Positions 46,762 to 57,090 are shown, counted from the first letter of the stretch. The stretch: DNA of 64,000 nucleotides from Myxococcota bacterium (GCA_041687695.1 JAWLBL010000017.1:96001-160000); one strand, 5' to 3'. Numbers and translations: made by a program. The notes: generated by a model not told the origin, from the letters alone.

Positions 46762-47960
46762 GAGCCGCCGCCGCGCTCGCTGTCGCGCTGGCCACGCTCT
46801 GGGCCTGCGCGCGCTCCGAGCCCGCGCCCGGCGACCCCGGCGCCTCCTGGTCCGAGGCCGAGCGCGCGCTCATCCTCAGCCTCTCGCCCCTGCCGCCGCC
46901 GCCGCCCAGCCCCACCAACCCGTTCGCCGACGACCCCCGCGCCGCCGCGCTCGGCCATCGCCTCTTCTTCGACCCGGCCCTGAGCCGCAGCGGCGCGGTG
47001 TCGTGCGCGACCTGCCACGACCCGGCGCGCGCCTTCACCGACGGTCGCCCCCGCGCCGTCGGCGAGGGCCACCACCCGCGCAACACCCCGACCCTGCTGG
47101 GGGCGCCCTGGCTGCCCTTCCTGACCGCCGACGGCGCGCGGGACAGCCTGTGGGCGCAGGCGCTGGGGCCCCTCGAGGGCGCCGCCGAGCACGGTCTGGA
47201 CCGCAGGCGCGTCCTCGAGGTCGTCCAGGCCCGCCACCGCCTCGCGTGGGAGGCCGCGTTCGGCCCGTGGCCCGCGCTCGACGAGCCGGCGGCGGTCGAT
47301 GGCGCCTTCGTGCGGGTCGGCCAGGCCCTCGAGGCCTACCAACGCCGGCTGACCTTGGCGCCGGCCCCCTTCGATCGCTTCGTCGCCGCGGTCCGCGCCG
47401 GCGACCCGACCGGCGGCGGCCACCTCGACCCCGCGGCCCGCCGGGGCCTGCGCGCCTTCCTGGGCGAGGGCCGCTGCGTCACCTGCCACCACGGCCCCTG
47501 GCTGACCGACGGCGCCTTTCACAACCTGGGTCTGCCGGCCGTCCTGGGCCTGCCGACCGCCGATCCGGGCCGCGCCGCGGGTGTCCACGCCGTCCTGGCC
47601 GATCCCTTCCGCTGCGGCGGACCCCACGCGGCCTCGGCGGCCTGCGACGAGCTGCGCTACCTGGCGACCGATCTCCCCGAGCTGCTCGGCGCCTTCAAGA
47701 CCCCGACCCTGCGCAACGTCGCCGACACGGCCCCCTACATGCACACGGGCCAGCTCGCGACGCTCGAGGACGTCGTCCACTTCTATCGCACCTTGCCTGG
47801 CCCGCCGTCCGTCGACCGCCGCTCGCCGCTGCTCGCGCCGCTGCCTCGCGGCGTCCGCGCGTCCGATCTGCTGGCCCTGCTCAGCGCGCTCTCGTCGCCA
47901 CCCATCGACGACCCCTGGGCCCGCCCGCCGCACGGCACCGCGCCGGCCTCCACGCCCTGA
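46758..47960 (+). CDS. Di-haem cytochrome c peroxidase family protein (MauG/MbnH-like)
   Basis: LG..LFFD..LS..G.VSCATCH; RNTPTL; CVTCH; FKTPTLRNVA.TAPYMH.G. Confidence 0.9.
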   Translation: MRAAAALAVALATLWACARSEPAPGDPGASWSEAERALILSLSPLPPPPPSPTNPFADDPRAAALGHRLFFDPALSRSGAVSCATCHDPARAFTDGRPRAVGEGHHPRNTPTLLGAPWLPFLTADGARDSLWAQALGPLEGAAEHGLDRRRVLEVVQARHRLAWEAAFGPWPALDEPAAVDGAFVRVGQALEAYQRRLTLAPAPFDRFVAAVRAGDPTGGGHLDPAARRGLRAFLGEGRCVTCHHGPWLTDGAFHNLGLPAVLGLPTADPGRAAGVHAVLADPFRCGGPHAASAACDELRYLATDLPELLGAFKTPTLRNVADTAPYMHTGQLATLEDVVHFYRTLPGPPSVDRRSPLLAPLPRGVRASDLLALLSALSSPPIDDPWARPPHGTAPASTP

Positions 47961-48023
47961 GCGACGGCGCCATGCGTCCGGAGGCGTGGTTGTCGCGATG
48001 GGGTAAGTGCCCAACTTTGCAGC

Positions 48024-49160
48024 ATGTCTCCCCATGCGCCACCCGCGCCGCCAGCGCCCGGTGACGGTCGCCGCTTCGCGCGCCGGCTCGGCGCGACGAT
48101 CCTCGCGGTCGCCGCCGCGATCGTGCTCATGTTCGCGCTGTGGCGCGTGGTGCACGTCCTGCTGGTCGCCTTCGCGGGCGTCCTCGTCGGCATCCTGCTC
48201 GACGGCGTGACGCGCTTTCTCTGTCGCCACACGACCCTGACGCGGCCGCTCGCCTTCGGGTTGGTCGTCGCGCTCCTGACCGGCCTGAGCGTCGGCTTCG
48301 GCCTGTGGGTGGCGCCCGACATCGCGGACCAGCTGACGCAGCTGCGTCGTCAGATCCCCGAGGCCATCGCCGCCGTGCGCGGCTGGGTGCGCGATCAGGG
48401 CTGGCTGTCGGTGGTCCGAGACGCCGAGCTGTCCGAGGAGATGCTGACCAACGGCATCGGCCTCGAGGGCCTGTCCGGCGTCTTCACGACCGTGTTCGGG
48501 CTGCTGGGCAACATCCTCCTGGCCCTCTTCATCGGCGTGGTCACGGCGGCGCGTCCCGGCCTCTACATCGATCCGCTCGTGCGGCTGCTCCCGCACGCGC
48601 GCCGCGACGACGCGCGCGAGGTCATCGGCTCGGTCGGTCAGGCGATGCGCCAGTGGCTCATCGGGCGGATGGTCTCCATGACGATCATCGCCGTCGGCAC
48701 CTCGATAGGCTTCCTCATCATCGGCCTGCCGCTGTGGCTGGCGCTGGGCTTTCTGGCCGGCCTGCTCGAGTTCATCCCGTATGTTGGACCCGCCTTGGCC
48801 TTCGTCCCGGCGGTCCTCATCGGTCTGCTGCAGGATCCGACCACCGGCCTGCACGTCGCGCTGCTCTTCATGGCCGTGCAGTTCGCCGAGAGCTACCTCA
48901 TCACCCCGTTCGTCGAGCAGTACGTCGTGTCGATCCCGGCCGCGCTGCTGGTCACCGTGCAGGCCTGCATGGCCATCCTCGCGGGGCTGGTCGGCGTCCT
49001 GCTGGCGACCCCCATGACCGTCCTGGTGGTGGTGCTGGTGCAAACGCTCTACATCCGCCGCGTCCTGGGCGACGACGTAGAGATCGCTGGCGCCTCGGGA
49101 CAACCCGACGAACACCCGGCCCGGGACCGCCCCCCCGACGGCACCCCCGAGCCCGCCTGA
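48024..49160 (+). CDS. AI-2E family transporter
   Basis: AGLLEFIPYVGP, QFAESYLITP, G..GVLLATP. Confidence 0.9.
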   Translation: MSPHAPPAPPAPGDGRRFARRLGATILAVAAAIVLMFALWRVVHVLLVAFAGVLVGILLDGVTRFLCRHTTLTRPLAFGLVVALLTGLSVGFGLWVAPDIADQLTQLRRQIPEAIAAVRGWVRDQGWLSVVRDAELSEEMLTNGIGLEGLSGVFTTVFGLLGNILLALFIGVVTAARPGLYIDPLVRLLPHARRDDAREVIGSVGQAMRQWLIGRMVSMTIIAVGTSIGFLIIGLPLWLALGFLAGLLEFIPYVGPALAFVPAVLIGLLQDPTTGLHVALLFMAVQFAESYLITPFVEQYVVSIPAALLVTVQACMAILAGLVGVLLATPMTVLVVVLVQTLYIRRVLGDDVEIAGASGQPDEHPARDRPPDGTPEPA

Positions 49161-49215
49161 TGCGTGGAACCGATCGCCCCCCACGGGGGAGGTCCCAGCT
49201 TGCGAGGAGAACGAC

Positions 49216-49893
49216 ATGGTCGCGACACCCCCGAGAGAGAGGACGCGCGGACCCTGGTGGTCCTGGCCGCTCGCGCTCACCGCGGCCGCCCTGCTGGTCG
49301 TCCTGACGGGCTGGCTGGTCACCCGCGGCGCCCTCGATCCCATCCCGGCCGGCCTGGCGCCGACCAGCGAAGGGGCCCCCGATCCGGCGACCCAACCGCG
49401 CCTGCAGGCGCCCGACCCGGCCGCGCCAGCGGGCACGCCCGCGGCTCGCCAGCACACGCCCCTTGGCTTCCGGACGGACCCGGCGGCCGTGACGACCTCG
49501 CCGCCGCCGGCGCCGGTGGTGCTCCCGCCCGAGGCGGGGGGCGAGGCTCAGCAGCCGGGCGCGGCCCCGACGGACGGCCAGGTCGTCACCGATCCAGCCG
49601 CCCTGGCGAACGGTCAGAGCCAGGCCCTGGTCGGCCGCCCGGTCCTGCTGTCGGACGCGCGCGTGGTCGAGCGCATGGGGCCGCGCGTGGTGCGGGTGCG
49701 GCTGGCCGACGCCCCGGCGCGCGAGGCGGCGACCGCCGTGGTGGTCCTGCCGACGCGGGCGCCGCAGCTGGAGATCGGCGACGCCGTGCGCGTCCGGGGC
49801 AGCGTGCAGCACGTGCCGGCCGATCTCGCCGAGACGCGCGGGCTGCCCCAGGGGCTCGTCGTGCTGGCGACCGAGGTGCGGGCGGTCGACTGA
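49216..49893 (+). CDS. Hypothetical protein: TM + Pro-rich linker + OB-fold-like C-terminus
   Basis: GAGGAG RBS; N-terminal TM; IGDAVRVRGSV. Confidence 0.6.
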   Translation: MVATPPRERTRGPWWSWPLALTAAALLVVLTGWLVTRGALDPIPAGLAPTSEGAPDPATQPRLQAPDPAAPAGTPAARQHTPLGFRTDPAAVTTSPPPAPVVLPPEAGGEAQQPGAAPTDGQVVTDPAALANGQSQALVGRPVLLSDARVVERMGPRVVRVRLADAPAREAATAVVVLPTRAPQLEIGDAVRVRGSVQHVPADLAETRGLPQGLVVLATEVRAVD

Positions 49894-49942
49894 CCCCCGG
49901 CGCGCGCGGCCGGAGGCGGGCCTCGGTCGCGCGCAGGAGCGC

Positions 49943-52900
49943 TCACAGGGCCCAGGCGGCCAGCCCCAACGCGGCCATCGTCGCGGCCAGCGCGCCGACG
50001 ACGTAGGCGGCGCGGCTGGCGCGGCGCGGCTCGGCCAGGGTGACGGGCACCAGATCGTTGGCGGCGGCGACCACGCCCGGCAGCCAGGACCGCCGGGCCC
50101 GCTGGGCGAGGGCGAGCGCCTCGGCCGAGTGCAGCGCGCGCCGCCCCGTGAGGTCCGCGATCTGGCTGCGACACGAGAAGCCGTCGGCGATGATCACCGT
50201 ATCGGGCGTGGCCTCGCGCACGGCCGGCGCCAGGACGCGCTCGGCCGCCGCGCAAGAGATCGCGTACTTGTCGTGCTCGTAGCCGAAGGAGCCCGCCATC
50301 CCGCAGCAGCCCGAGTCGGGCATGCGCGCGCCCAGGCCCATGCGCGCGAGCAGCCGCTCGTCGGCGTCGAAGCCGAGGACCGCCCGGTGATGGCAGTGGC
50401 CCTGCACCAGGGCCGGGTTGCCGAGGCGCGGCACGGCGTAGTCGGCCGCGTAGCGCTCCAGGAACTGGGCCAGGGTGAAGCTGCGCTCGGCCAGACGCCT
50501 GGCGTCTACGTCGTGGGGTAGCAGCCCGCGCAGCTCGTCGCGGAAGACGGCGAGGCAGCTCGGCTCGAGGCCGACCAGCGGCACGCCCTCGCGGATGAGG
50601 GGCGCGAGCGAGGTCACGATGCGCGCGAGCCAGCGCCGGGCCCGGTCCAGCCAGCCGTAGTCGTACAAGGGCCGGCCACAGCAGAGCGCCTCGCGCGGGA
50701 CCAGGACCTGGAACCCGGCGTCCTCGAGGATCTCGACCGCGGCCACCGCGGCGCCCGGCTCGAAGTGATTGTTGAACGTGTCCGGCCACAGGATGACGCG
50801 CGGAGCGCCCTCGTTGACCAGCGGGCGCGAGAAGAACCAACCTTTGAAGGTCCGCTGGGACAAGCGCGGCAGCGTCCGCTCCGGATGGACGCCCGCGATC
50901 TTCTTGGCGAGGGTCGACAGCGGCCGGGTGTGGGCCGCGAAGTTCGCCAGGCGCGGCGCCTTCGACGCGAGGCGCGCCCACCAGCTGATGAAGCCCATCG
51001 CGTAGGCGTGTCGCGGCCGAAGGCGGCGCGCGAAGTAGTGCGACAGGAACTCGGCCTTGTAGGTCGCCATGTCGACGCTCACCGGGCACTCGCTCTTGCA
51101 CGCCTTGCAGGCCAGGCACAGGTCGAGCGCGCCCTTGACGTCTTCCGAGCGCCAGCCCTCGGTGATCACCTCGCCGCGGGCCATCTCCGACAGGATCCGC
51201 GCCCGCCCGCGTGTCGAGTGGATCTCCTCGCGCGTGACCTGATAGCTCGGACACATGGTGCCGCTGTCCGGGCGGCGGCACTTGCCCACGCCCACGCAGC
51301 GGTCGAAGGCCGACACGACGTTGAAGCCGTCGTCCGGGAACTGGAAGGTCGTCTCGAGCGGCGCCGGCGCCCAGTCGGGTCCGAACCTCAGGTTCGCGTC
51401 CAGCGGGTCCGCGTCGACGACCTTGCCCGGGTTCATCCTCCCGTCCGGATCCCAGGCGCGCTTGAAGGCGCGCATCGCCTCGACCAGGCGCGCGCCGAAC
51501 ATGCGTCCGAGCAGCTCGCCCCGGGCCTGGCCGTCGCCGTGCTCGCCCGACAGCGAGCCGCCGTAGCGTCCGACGCACACCTCCGCGGCCTCCTCGACGA
51601 AGGCGCGGTACTTCGCCAACCCCTCGCTGCTCTCGAGGTCGAAGTCGACGCGGGTGTGCACACAGCCCTGCCCGAAGTGACCGTACAGCGCCGCCTCGTA
51701 GCCGTACGCGTCGTACAGCCGCCGCAGATCGCGCAGGTAGTCGCCGAGGGCCGCCGGCGGGACCGCCGAGTCCTCCCAGCCGGGCCAGGTGTCTCGTCCG
51801 CCCGGCACGCGGGCCGTCGCGCCCAGGCCCGACTCGCGGATCTCCCAGATGGCCTGGGCCTCCGCCGGATCCTCGTACAGCCGCATGCTCGGCCGGTCCC
51901 GGCGCCGCCCCAGGGCCGCCATGACCTCGCGCGCCCGCGCCAGGGCCTCCCGTCGGGACGCGCCGGCCATCTCCACCAGCAGCCAGCCCCCGCCCTCGGG
52001 CAACAGCCTCAGGTGCTCGACGTGCATGCCCTTGGCACGCAGCCGCTCGACCAGCATCCGGTCGACGCCCTCGAGCCCGATGGGGCCGAACCCGCCAATC
52101 TCCTCGATGTGATCGGCCGCCTCGTAAACGTCCCGATAGCCCAGCACCATCAGCGCGCGACCGCCCGGCTCGGGGACCAGCCGCACGCGCGCCTCCAGGA
52201 TGGTCGCGCAGGTCCCCTCGGTGCCCACCAGCGCCTTGGCCAGATCGAAGCCCTGCTCTGGCAGCAGCGCGTCCAGGTTGAAGCCAGAGACACGGCGCGG
52301 GATGTCGGGGAAGCGGGCCCGGATCTCGTCGGCGTGGTCGGCGGCGATGCGGGCGAGCGTCGCGTACAGCTCGCCGCGGCGGCCGCCCTCGGCGACGATG
52401 CGCGCGAGGACGTCGGGCGGGGTCGGGCCGACGGTCAGGCGCAGGCCGTCGTAGGTCAGGACGTCCAGCGCGACGACGTTGTCCGAGGTGCGGCCCGCCA
52501 TCTGCGCATGGACGCCGCAGGCGTTGTTGCCCAGCATGCCGCCAAAGGTGCAGTACTTGTGGGTCGCGGGATCCGGGCCCCAGGTCAGCCCGTAGACGTT
52601 GGCCGCTTCCCTGACCGAGTCGCACGTCGCGCCCGGGGCCACGCGCGCCCAGCGGCCGTCGGGATCGATCTCGACCACGTCGCGCAGGCGCTTGGAGACG
52701 TCGATGACGACGGCGACGTTGCAGCACTGTCCGGCCAGGCTGGTGCCGCCGCCCCTGGGCAGGACGGGGGCGCCGTGCGCACGACAGACGGCGACCGCCG
52801 CCGCGACGTCGTCTACGTCGGCGGGGATCACGACCCCGATGGGGGGCTGGCGGTAGTTGGAGGCGTCGGTCGCGTAGGCGGCGCGGGTGCCGGCGTCGAA

Positions 52901-52972
52901 GCGGACCTCGCCGCGGACCTGGCGCCGCAGGTCGGCCTCGAGGGCGCGCGCCCGCTGCATGGCGTCGGGCAT
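49943..52972 (-). CDS. FAD-binding/(4Fe-4S)/CCG-domain oxidoreductase (GlcD-GlcF fusion, YdiJ/D-lactate dehydrogenase-like)
   Basis: PRGGGTSLAGQ, GSLSGEHGDG, CVGVGKC, CLACKACKSECP, CCGRP, GCCGMAG. Confidence 0.93.
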   Translation of the reverse strand: MPDAMQRARALEADLRRQVRGEVRFDAGTRAAYATDASNYRQPPIGVVIPADVDDVAAAVAVCRAHGAPVLPRGGGTSLAGQCCNVAVVIDVSKRLRDVVEIDPDGRWARVAPGATCDSVREAANVYGLTWGPDPATHKYCTFGGMLGNNACGVHAQMAGRTSDNVVALDVLTYDGLRLTVGPTPPDVLARIVAEGGRRGELYATLARIAADHADEIRARFPDIPRRVSGFNLDALLPEQGFDLAKALVGTEGTCATILEARVRLVPEPGGRALMVLGYRDVYEAADHIEEIGGFGPIGLEGVDRMLVERLRAKGMHVEHLRLLPEGGGWLLVEMAGASRREALARAREVMAALGRRRDRPSMRLYEDPAEAQAIWEIRESGLGATARVPGGRDTWPGWEDSAVPPAALGDYLRDLRRLYDAYGYEAALYGHFGQGCVHTRVDFDLESSEGLAKYRAFVEEAAEVCVGRYGGSLSGEHGDGQARGELLGRMFGARLVEAMRAFKRAWDPDGRMNPGKVVDADPLDANLRFGPDWAPAPLETTFQFPDDGFNVVSAFDRCVGVGKCRRPDSGTMCPSYQVTREEIHSTRGRARILSEMARGEVITEGWRSEDVKGALDLCLACKACKSECPVSVDMATYKAEFLSHYFARRLRPRHAYAMGFISWWARLASKAPRLANFAAHTRPLSTLAKKIAGVHPERTLPRLSQRTFKGWFFSRPLVNEGAPRVILWPDTFNNHFEPGAAVAAVEILEDAGFQVLVPREALCCGRPLYDYGWLDRARRWLARIVTSLAPLIREGVPLVGLEPSCLAVFRDELRGLLPHDVDARRLAERSFTLAQFLERYAADYAVPRLGNPALVQGHCHHRAVLGFDADERLLARMGLGARMPDSGCCGMAGSFGYEHDKYAISCAAAERVLAPAVREATPDTVIIADGFSCRSQIADLTGRRALHSAEALALAQRARRSWLPGVVAAANDLVPVTLAEPRRASRAAYVVGALAATMAALGLAAWAL

Positions 52973-52981
52973 GGGAGCCTC

Positions 52982-54076
52982 CTAGACGGCGAACCTCGCG
53001 GCGTCCGCTCGCTCGAGCTCGAAGCCGAGCCCGGGGCGCGAGGGATCGGGCCGCAGGACGCCGCCTACGGGGATGCGGGCGCCGTCGAAGAGCAGGGCCT
53101 CGAGGCGCGCATGGTCGTGGAAGTACTCGACGTGCCGCGCCTGGCCGACCGCGCAGCACAGAGAGGTGTGCAGGGTGGGGGCGGTGTGCGCGGAGACGGG
53201 GACGCCGAACGCCTCGCAGAGGTGGGCGGCGCGGAGGAAGCCCGTCACCCCGCCGCAGCGGGTCGCGTCCGGTTGCATCACGTCGACCGCGCCGGCCTCG
53301 AGCAGCCGGCGGAACGCTTCGAGATCCCAGGCGTACTCGCCCGCGGCGATCTCCATGCCAGCGGGCGCGCGCGTTCGGACGAGGCGCAGGCCATCGACGT
53401 CTTGCGACGAGACCGGCTCCTCGAACCAGGTCACCCCGGCCTCCGCGAACCGCGCGGCCTGGGCCAGCGCGCGTTGCGCCGTGTGGGCGCCGTTGGCGTC
53501 GACGACCAGCGCGGCCTCGGGGCCGATGGCCGCTCGGGCGGCGCGCACGCGCTCCGGGTCGGCCTCGGGATCGGCGCCGACCTTCATCTTCACGGCCGTC
53601 AGGCCCTGAGCGACCCAGCTGGCCAGCTGCTCCTGGAGGCGTGCGGCCGGGTAGTTGGTGAAGCCGCCGCTGCCATAGGCGGCGACCGAGGCGCGCACCT
53701 GGCCCAGCAGCTTCACCAGGGGCAGGTCGAGCAGCCGACCCTTCAGGTCCCACAGCGCCACGTCGACGGCGCTGAGGGCCATCGAGGCCAGGCCCGGCCG
53801 GCCGAGATTGCGGCCGGCGCGCGCCATCGCCTCGTAGGCCGCCGCCACGTCGAGGGCGTCGAGGCCCAGCACGGCGGGCGCGAGGGTCTCGCGGACGAGC
53901 GCCGGCACGCAGCGGTGCGCGTAGGTGTAGCCGAGCCCGGTCACGCCGCCTGCCGTCACCTCGGCGACGACGAGCGTGGTGTGGTCCCACGTGAGGGTGC
54001 CGTCCGCCTCGGGCCCCTCGGTCGGCACCACGAAGGCGGACGCCTCGACGCGGGTGATGGGCGCGGCCGGTCGCAC
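52982..54076 (-). CDS. Mandelate racemase/muconate lactonizing (enolase superfamily) enzyme
   Basis: SAVDVALWDL, KMKVG, DANG, FEEP, AGEY, PGLG. Confidence 0.92.
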   Translation of the reverse strand: MRPAAPITRVEASAFVVPTEGPEADGTLTWDHTTLVVAEVTAGGVTGLGYTYAHRCVPALVRETLAPAVLGLDALDVAAAYEAMARAGRNLGRPGLASMALSAVDVALWDLKGRLLDLPLVKLLGQVRASVAAYGSGGFTNYPAARLQEQLASWVAQGLTAVKMKVGADPEADPERVRAARAAIGPEAALVVDANGAHTAQRALAQAARFAEAGVTWFEEPVSSQDVDGLRLVRTRAPAGMEIAAGEYAWDLEAFRRLLEAGAVDVMQPDATRCGGVTGFLRAAHLCEAFGVPVSAHTAPTLHTSLCCAVGQARHVEYFHDHARLEALLFDGARIPVGGVLRPDPSRPGLGFELERADAARFAV

Positions 54077-54077
54077 G

Positions 54078-55880
54078 TCAGCGCTTGCGGCCGTTGCCGT
54101 TGCGGCGCGGCATCCAGCTGGCGAACAGGCCCTTGAGCGAGTGACGGACCGCGCTGCGGCCGGCCGGGTCGCCCTTGATGAGGGTCTGCAGGTACTTGGC
54201 GGCCTGCTCGGGCTTGATGTGCGGCGGCAGCGGCGGCACCTCGGGGTCGGTGCGGGCCTCGAGCACCACCGGGCGGTCCGCCCGCAGCGCCTCGTCCCAG
54301 GCCGGGCCGACGTGGCGCGGGTCGTCGACCTTCAGGCCGCGCAGCCCGATGGCCTCGGCGAAGGCCGCATAGGGGAAGTCGGGCAGCACCTGCGTCTGCT
54401 CGACCTTGGGGTAGCCGCCCATGACGCGCTGCTCCCAGGTGACCTGGTTCAGATCGTGGTTGTTCAGGACCAGCACGATGAGCCGCGGGTCTCGGAACCG
54501 GTCGCGGTACTTGGCGATGGTCAGCAGCTCGTTCATTCCGTTCATTTGCATGGCGCCGTCGCCGACCAGCGCGATGACCGGCCGGTCCGGGTAGGCCATC
54601 TTCGCAGCGATGGCGTAGGGGACGCCGCAGCCCATCGTGGCGAGGTTGCCCGAGATCGAGGCCATCATCGTGGGCTCGAGCACGAGGTCGCGGGCGAACC
54701 AGTTGGCGCTCGACCCCGAGTCGCACGTCAGGATGACGTCGCGGGGCAGGCGCGAGGACAGCTCGTAGAAGACGCGCTGCGGGTTGATGGGCGTGGCGTC
54801 CATCAGCGCGCGCGTCCGCACCACGTCACGCCACTGCGCGACGGAGCGCTCGATCTTCTCGCGCCAGGCCCGGCCCTGTTTGCGCTGCAGCATCGGGATG
54901 AGGGCGCGCAGGGTCTCGCGTGCGTCGCCGCACAGGTTGACCTCCATGGGGTAGCGCAGCGACAGCATGCGCCCGTCGATGTCGATCTGGACGCCGCGGG
55001 CCTGCCCGTCCTCGGGCAGGAACTCGGAGTACGGGAAGCTGGAGCCGACCATCAGCAGCGTGTCGCAGCCGTCCATGAGGTCCCAGCTGGGCTTGGTCCC
55101 GAGCAGGCCGATGGCGCCGGTGACGAAGGGCAGGGCGTCGGGCAGCACGGCGCGTCCGAGCAGGGCCTTGGCCACGCCCGCGCCGAGCAGATCGGCCGCG
55201 TGCAGCACCTCCTCCTGCGCGCCCTTGGCGCCGGCGCCGACCAGGATGGCCACGCGCTCGCCCGCGTTGAGCACCTCGGCGGCCTCTCGCAGGTCCTCCT
55301 CGTGCGGCAGGATGCGCGGCGGCCGGTAGCCGATGCCGGTCACGACCGCGCCGTGCTTGCGCGGCGGGTCGTGCTCGGCGTCCATGTCCTGGACGTCGGC
55401 CGGGACGATGATGCAGGTCACGCAGCGCTCGCTCATGGCGATGCGCACCGCCCGATCGACCAGCGTCCGCGCCTGCAGCGGCGTCGTCAGCATGTGGACG
55501 TATTCGCCGGCCACGTCCTTGAACAGCGAGATGAGGTCCACCTCCTGCTGGTAGCTGCCGCCGATGGACATCTGCTTCTGCTGGCCGACGATGGCGACGA
55601 CCGGCTGGTGGTCCATCTTGGCGTCGTACAGGCCGTTGAGCAGGTGGATGGCGCCGGGGCCGCTGGTCGCGACGCACAGCCCGACCTCGCCCGTGAACTT
55701 GGCGTGCCCGCAGGCCATGAACGCCGCCATCTCCTCGTGCCGCGCCTGGATGAACTCGACGGCGTCGGTGCGTCCGAAGGCGCCGACGAGGCCGTTGATG
55801 CCGTCGCCGGGGTAGCCGTAGGCTCGGCGGATTCCCCAGGCGCTCAGGCGCTCGAGCATGTAGTCGCTGACGGTCGGCAT
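54078..55880 (-). CDS. Thiamine pyrophosphate-requiring enzyme (pyruvate oxidase/PoxB-like)
   Basis: GYPGDGING, RHEE.AAF, TSGPGAIHLLNGLYDA, GDGAMQM...NN. Confidence 0.93.
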   Translation of the reverse strand: MPTVSDYMLERLSAWGIRRAYGYPGDGINGLVGAFGRTDAVEFIQARHEEMAAFMACGHAKFTGEVGLCVATSGPGAIHLLNGLYDAKMDHQPVVAIVGQQKQMSIGGSYQQEVDLISLFKDVAGEYVHMLTTPLQARTLVDRAVRIAMSERCVTCIIVPADVQDMDAEHDPPRKHGAVVTGIGYRPPRILPHEEDLREAAEVLNAGERVAILVGAGAKGAQEEVLHAADLLGAGVAKALLGRAVLPDALPFVTGAIGLLGTKPSWDLMDGCDTLLMVGSSFPYSEFLPEDGQARGVQIDIDGRMLSLRYPMEVNLCGDARETLRALIPMLQRKQGRAWREKIERSVAQWRDVVRTRALMDATPINPQRVFYELSSRLPRDVILTCDSGSSANWFARDLVLEPTMMASISGNLATMGCGVPYAIAAKMAYPDRPVIALVGDGAMQMNGMNELLTIAKYRDRFRDPRLIVLVLNNHDLNQVTWEQRVMGGYPKVEQTQVLPDFPYAAFAEAIGLRGLKVDDPRHVGPAWDEALRADRPVVLEARTDPEVPPLPPHIKPEQAAKYLQTLIKGDPAGRSAVRHSLKGLFASWMPRRNGNGRKR

Positions 55881-55938
55881 GGCTTCCTCCTGGGCGGGTC
55901 GGGGCGCCGCAACGGGCCGGCGCGGGCGTGGGCGGAGC

Positions 55939-56337
55939 TCAGGTGTCGGAGGCCCACGCGACGGTGGTCATGAGCGCGTTCTCGGCCTGGCGCGAGTCGA
56001 GGCGCGTGTGCTGCACGACGATGGGCACGTCCGATCGGATGACGCTGGCGAAGTCGGTGCCGCGCGGCACGGGCTCCGGGTCGGTCAGGTCGTCGAAGCG
56101 GACGTGCAGCGTGCGGCGCGCCGGGACGACCAGGCGGTATGGGCCGGCGGGCTCGCGGTCGACGAAGTACACGGTCAGCTCGACGTGGGCGTCGCGGTCG
56201 CCCGCGTTCAGCAGGCACGCCGTCTCGTGGCTGGCCAGCTCGGGCTCGGGCCCCGTGCTCCACGTCGGCAGGTACCCCTCGGCGATGGCCCAGGTGCGAC
56301 GGCCGACCGCCGCCGAGGCGTGAGGGTCTGGTGGCAT
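55939..56337 (-). CDS. Sensory rhodopsin transducer (ASRT) family protein
   Basis: G...WAIAEGY.P...SHE..C.LN.....A.V..T.YF.DR.P.GP....VPARRT.H.RF.DL..PEP.P....A....SDVPIVVQHTRLDSRQ; AGGAG RBS. Confidence 0.87.
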   Translation of the reverse strand: MPPDPHASAAVGRRTWAIAEGYLPTWSTGPEPELASHETACLLNAGDRDAHVELTVYFVDREPAGPYRLVVPARRTLHVRFDDLTDPEPVPRGTDFASVIRSDVPIVVQHTRLDSRQAENALMTTVAWASDT

Positions 56338-56502
56338 GCGCGGGGCTCCTGACGAGGTCCAGCGGGCGAAGGTGACCGGCGGGCGCGATGGGGACCTGCA
56401 TCGCCCGCCTGTCTCGGGCTTCCATCGGCACGCGCCCCGCCGCCGGCAAGGCGCGCAGCACGTCGCTGGTCTGCGGGCCGGTCTGCGCGCTAGCATCCCG
56501 CC

Positions 56503-57021
56503 ATGGCTTCGTCGCTCCTCCTCCGCCGCTTCGCCCCCGTGGCCGTGATGGTCGTGGCGCTCGCGTGCGACGACGGCGGCTCGGCCCCGCCCCCGGGGCC
56601 GCCCTTCGAGGCCGCGGCCCTCGCGCTGGGCGTCAACCCGCCTGGCGCCGAGGCGCCGCACGGCTTCACCGAGATCCCGGACGGCGGCGTCCTGCCCATC
56701 GTCCGCGGCGAGCAGGGCCTGTGGATGATCTCGCTGGCGCTGCGCGCGCCCAACCCCACCCACGGCACCTTCGCGCTCGAGGTGGACCTGCGCGACGGCG
56801 ACCAGCCGCTGGCCACGCTGCAACGCAGCCGCCAGCGCTTCGTCGTGGCCGACGACGGCTACGCCTACTACTACGATGCCTGGCTCGTCTTCGAGGGCCT
56901 CTTCACCACCGGCGCCCCGGTCACCCTGACGGTCCGCTGCGCCGACTCGGACGGACACGTGGTCGCGGTGACCCGATCGGCGCGCCTCGACGCTGCGAAG
57001 CCCGCCGAACGGGGGGACTGA
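56503..57021 (+). CDS. Hypothetical lipoprotein
   Basis: ALAC lipobox; G.QG.W motif seen in myxobacterial lipoproteins. Confidence 0.65.
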   Translation: MASSLLLRRFAPVAVMVVALACDDGGSAPPPGPPFEAAALALGVNPPGAEAPHGFTEIPDGGVLPIVRGEQGLWMISLALRAPNPTHGTFALEVDLRDGDQPLATLQRSRQRFVVADDGYAYYYDAWLVFEGLFTTGAPVTLTVRCADSDGHVVAVTRSARLDAAKPAERGD

Positions 57022-57090
57022 ACGCCCGGACGCGAGTGTGCTAGGTTTGGCCCACGACGCGGCGGGACCGGACGGCAGCGGAGGCGCGAG

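Noticed and set aside
49614..54136. 1,458-aa and 1,123-aa overlapping ORFs
   Set aside because: Arg/Gly/Pro-rich off-frame and antisense shadows of the oxidoreductase and enolase genes
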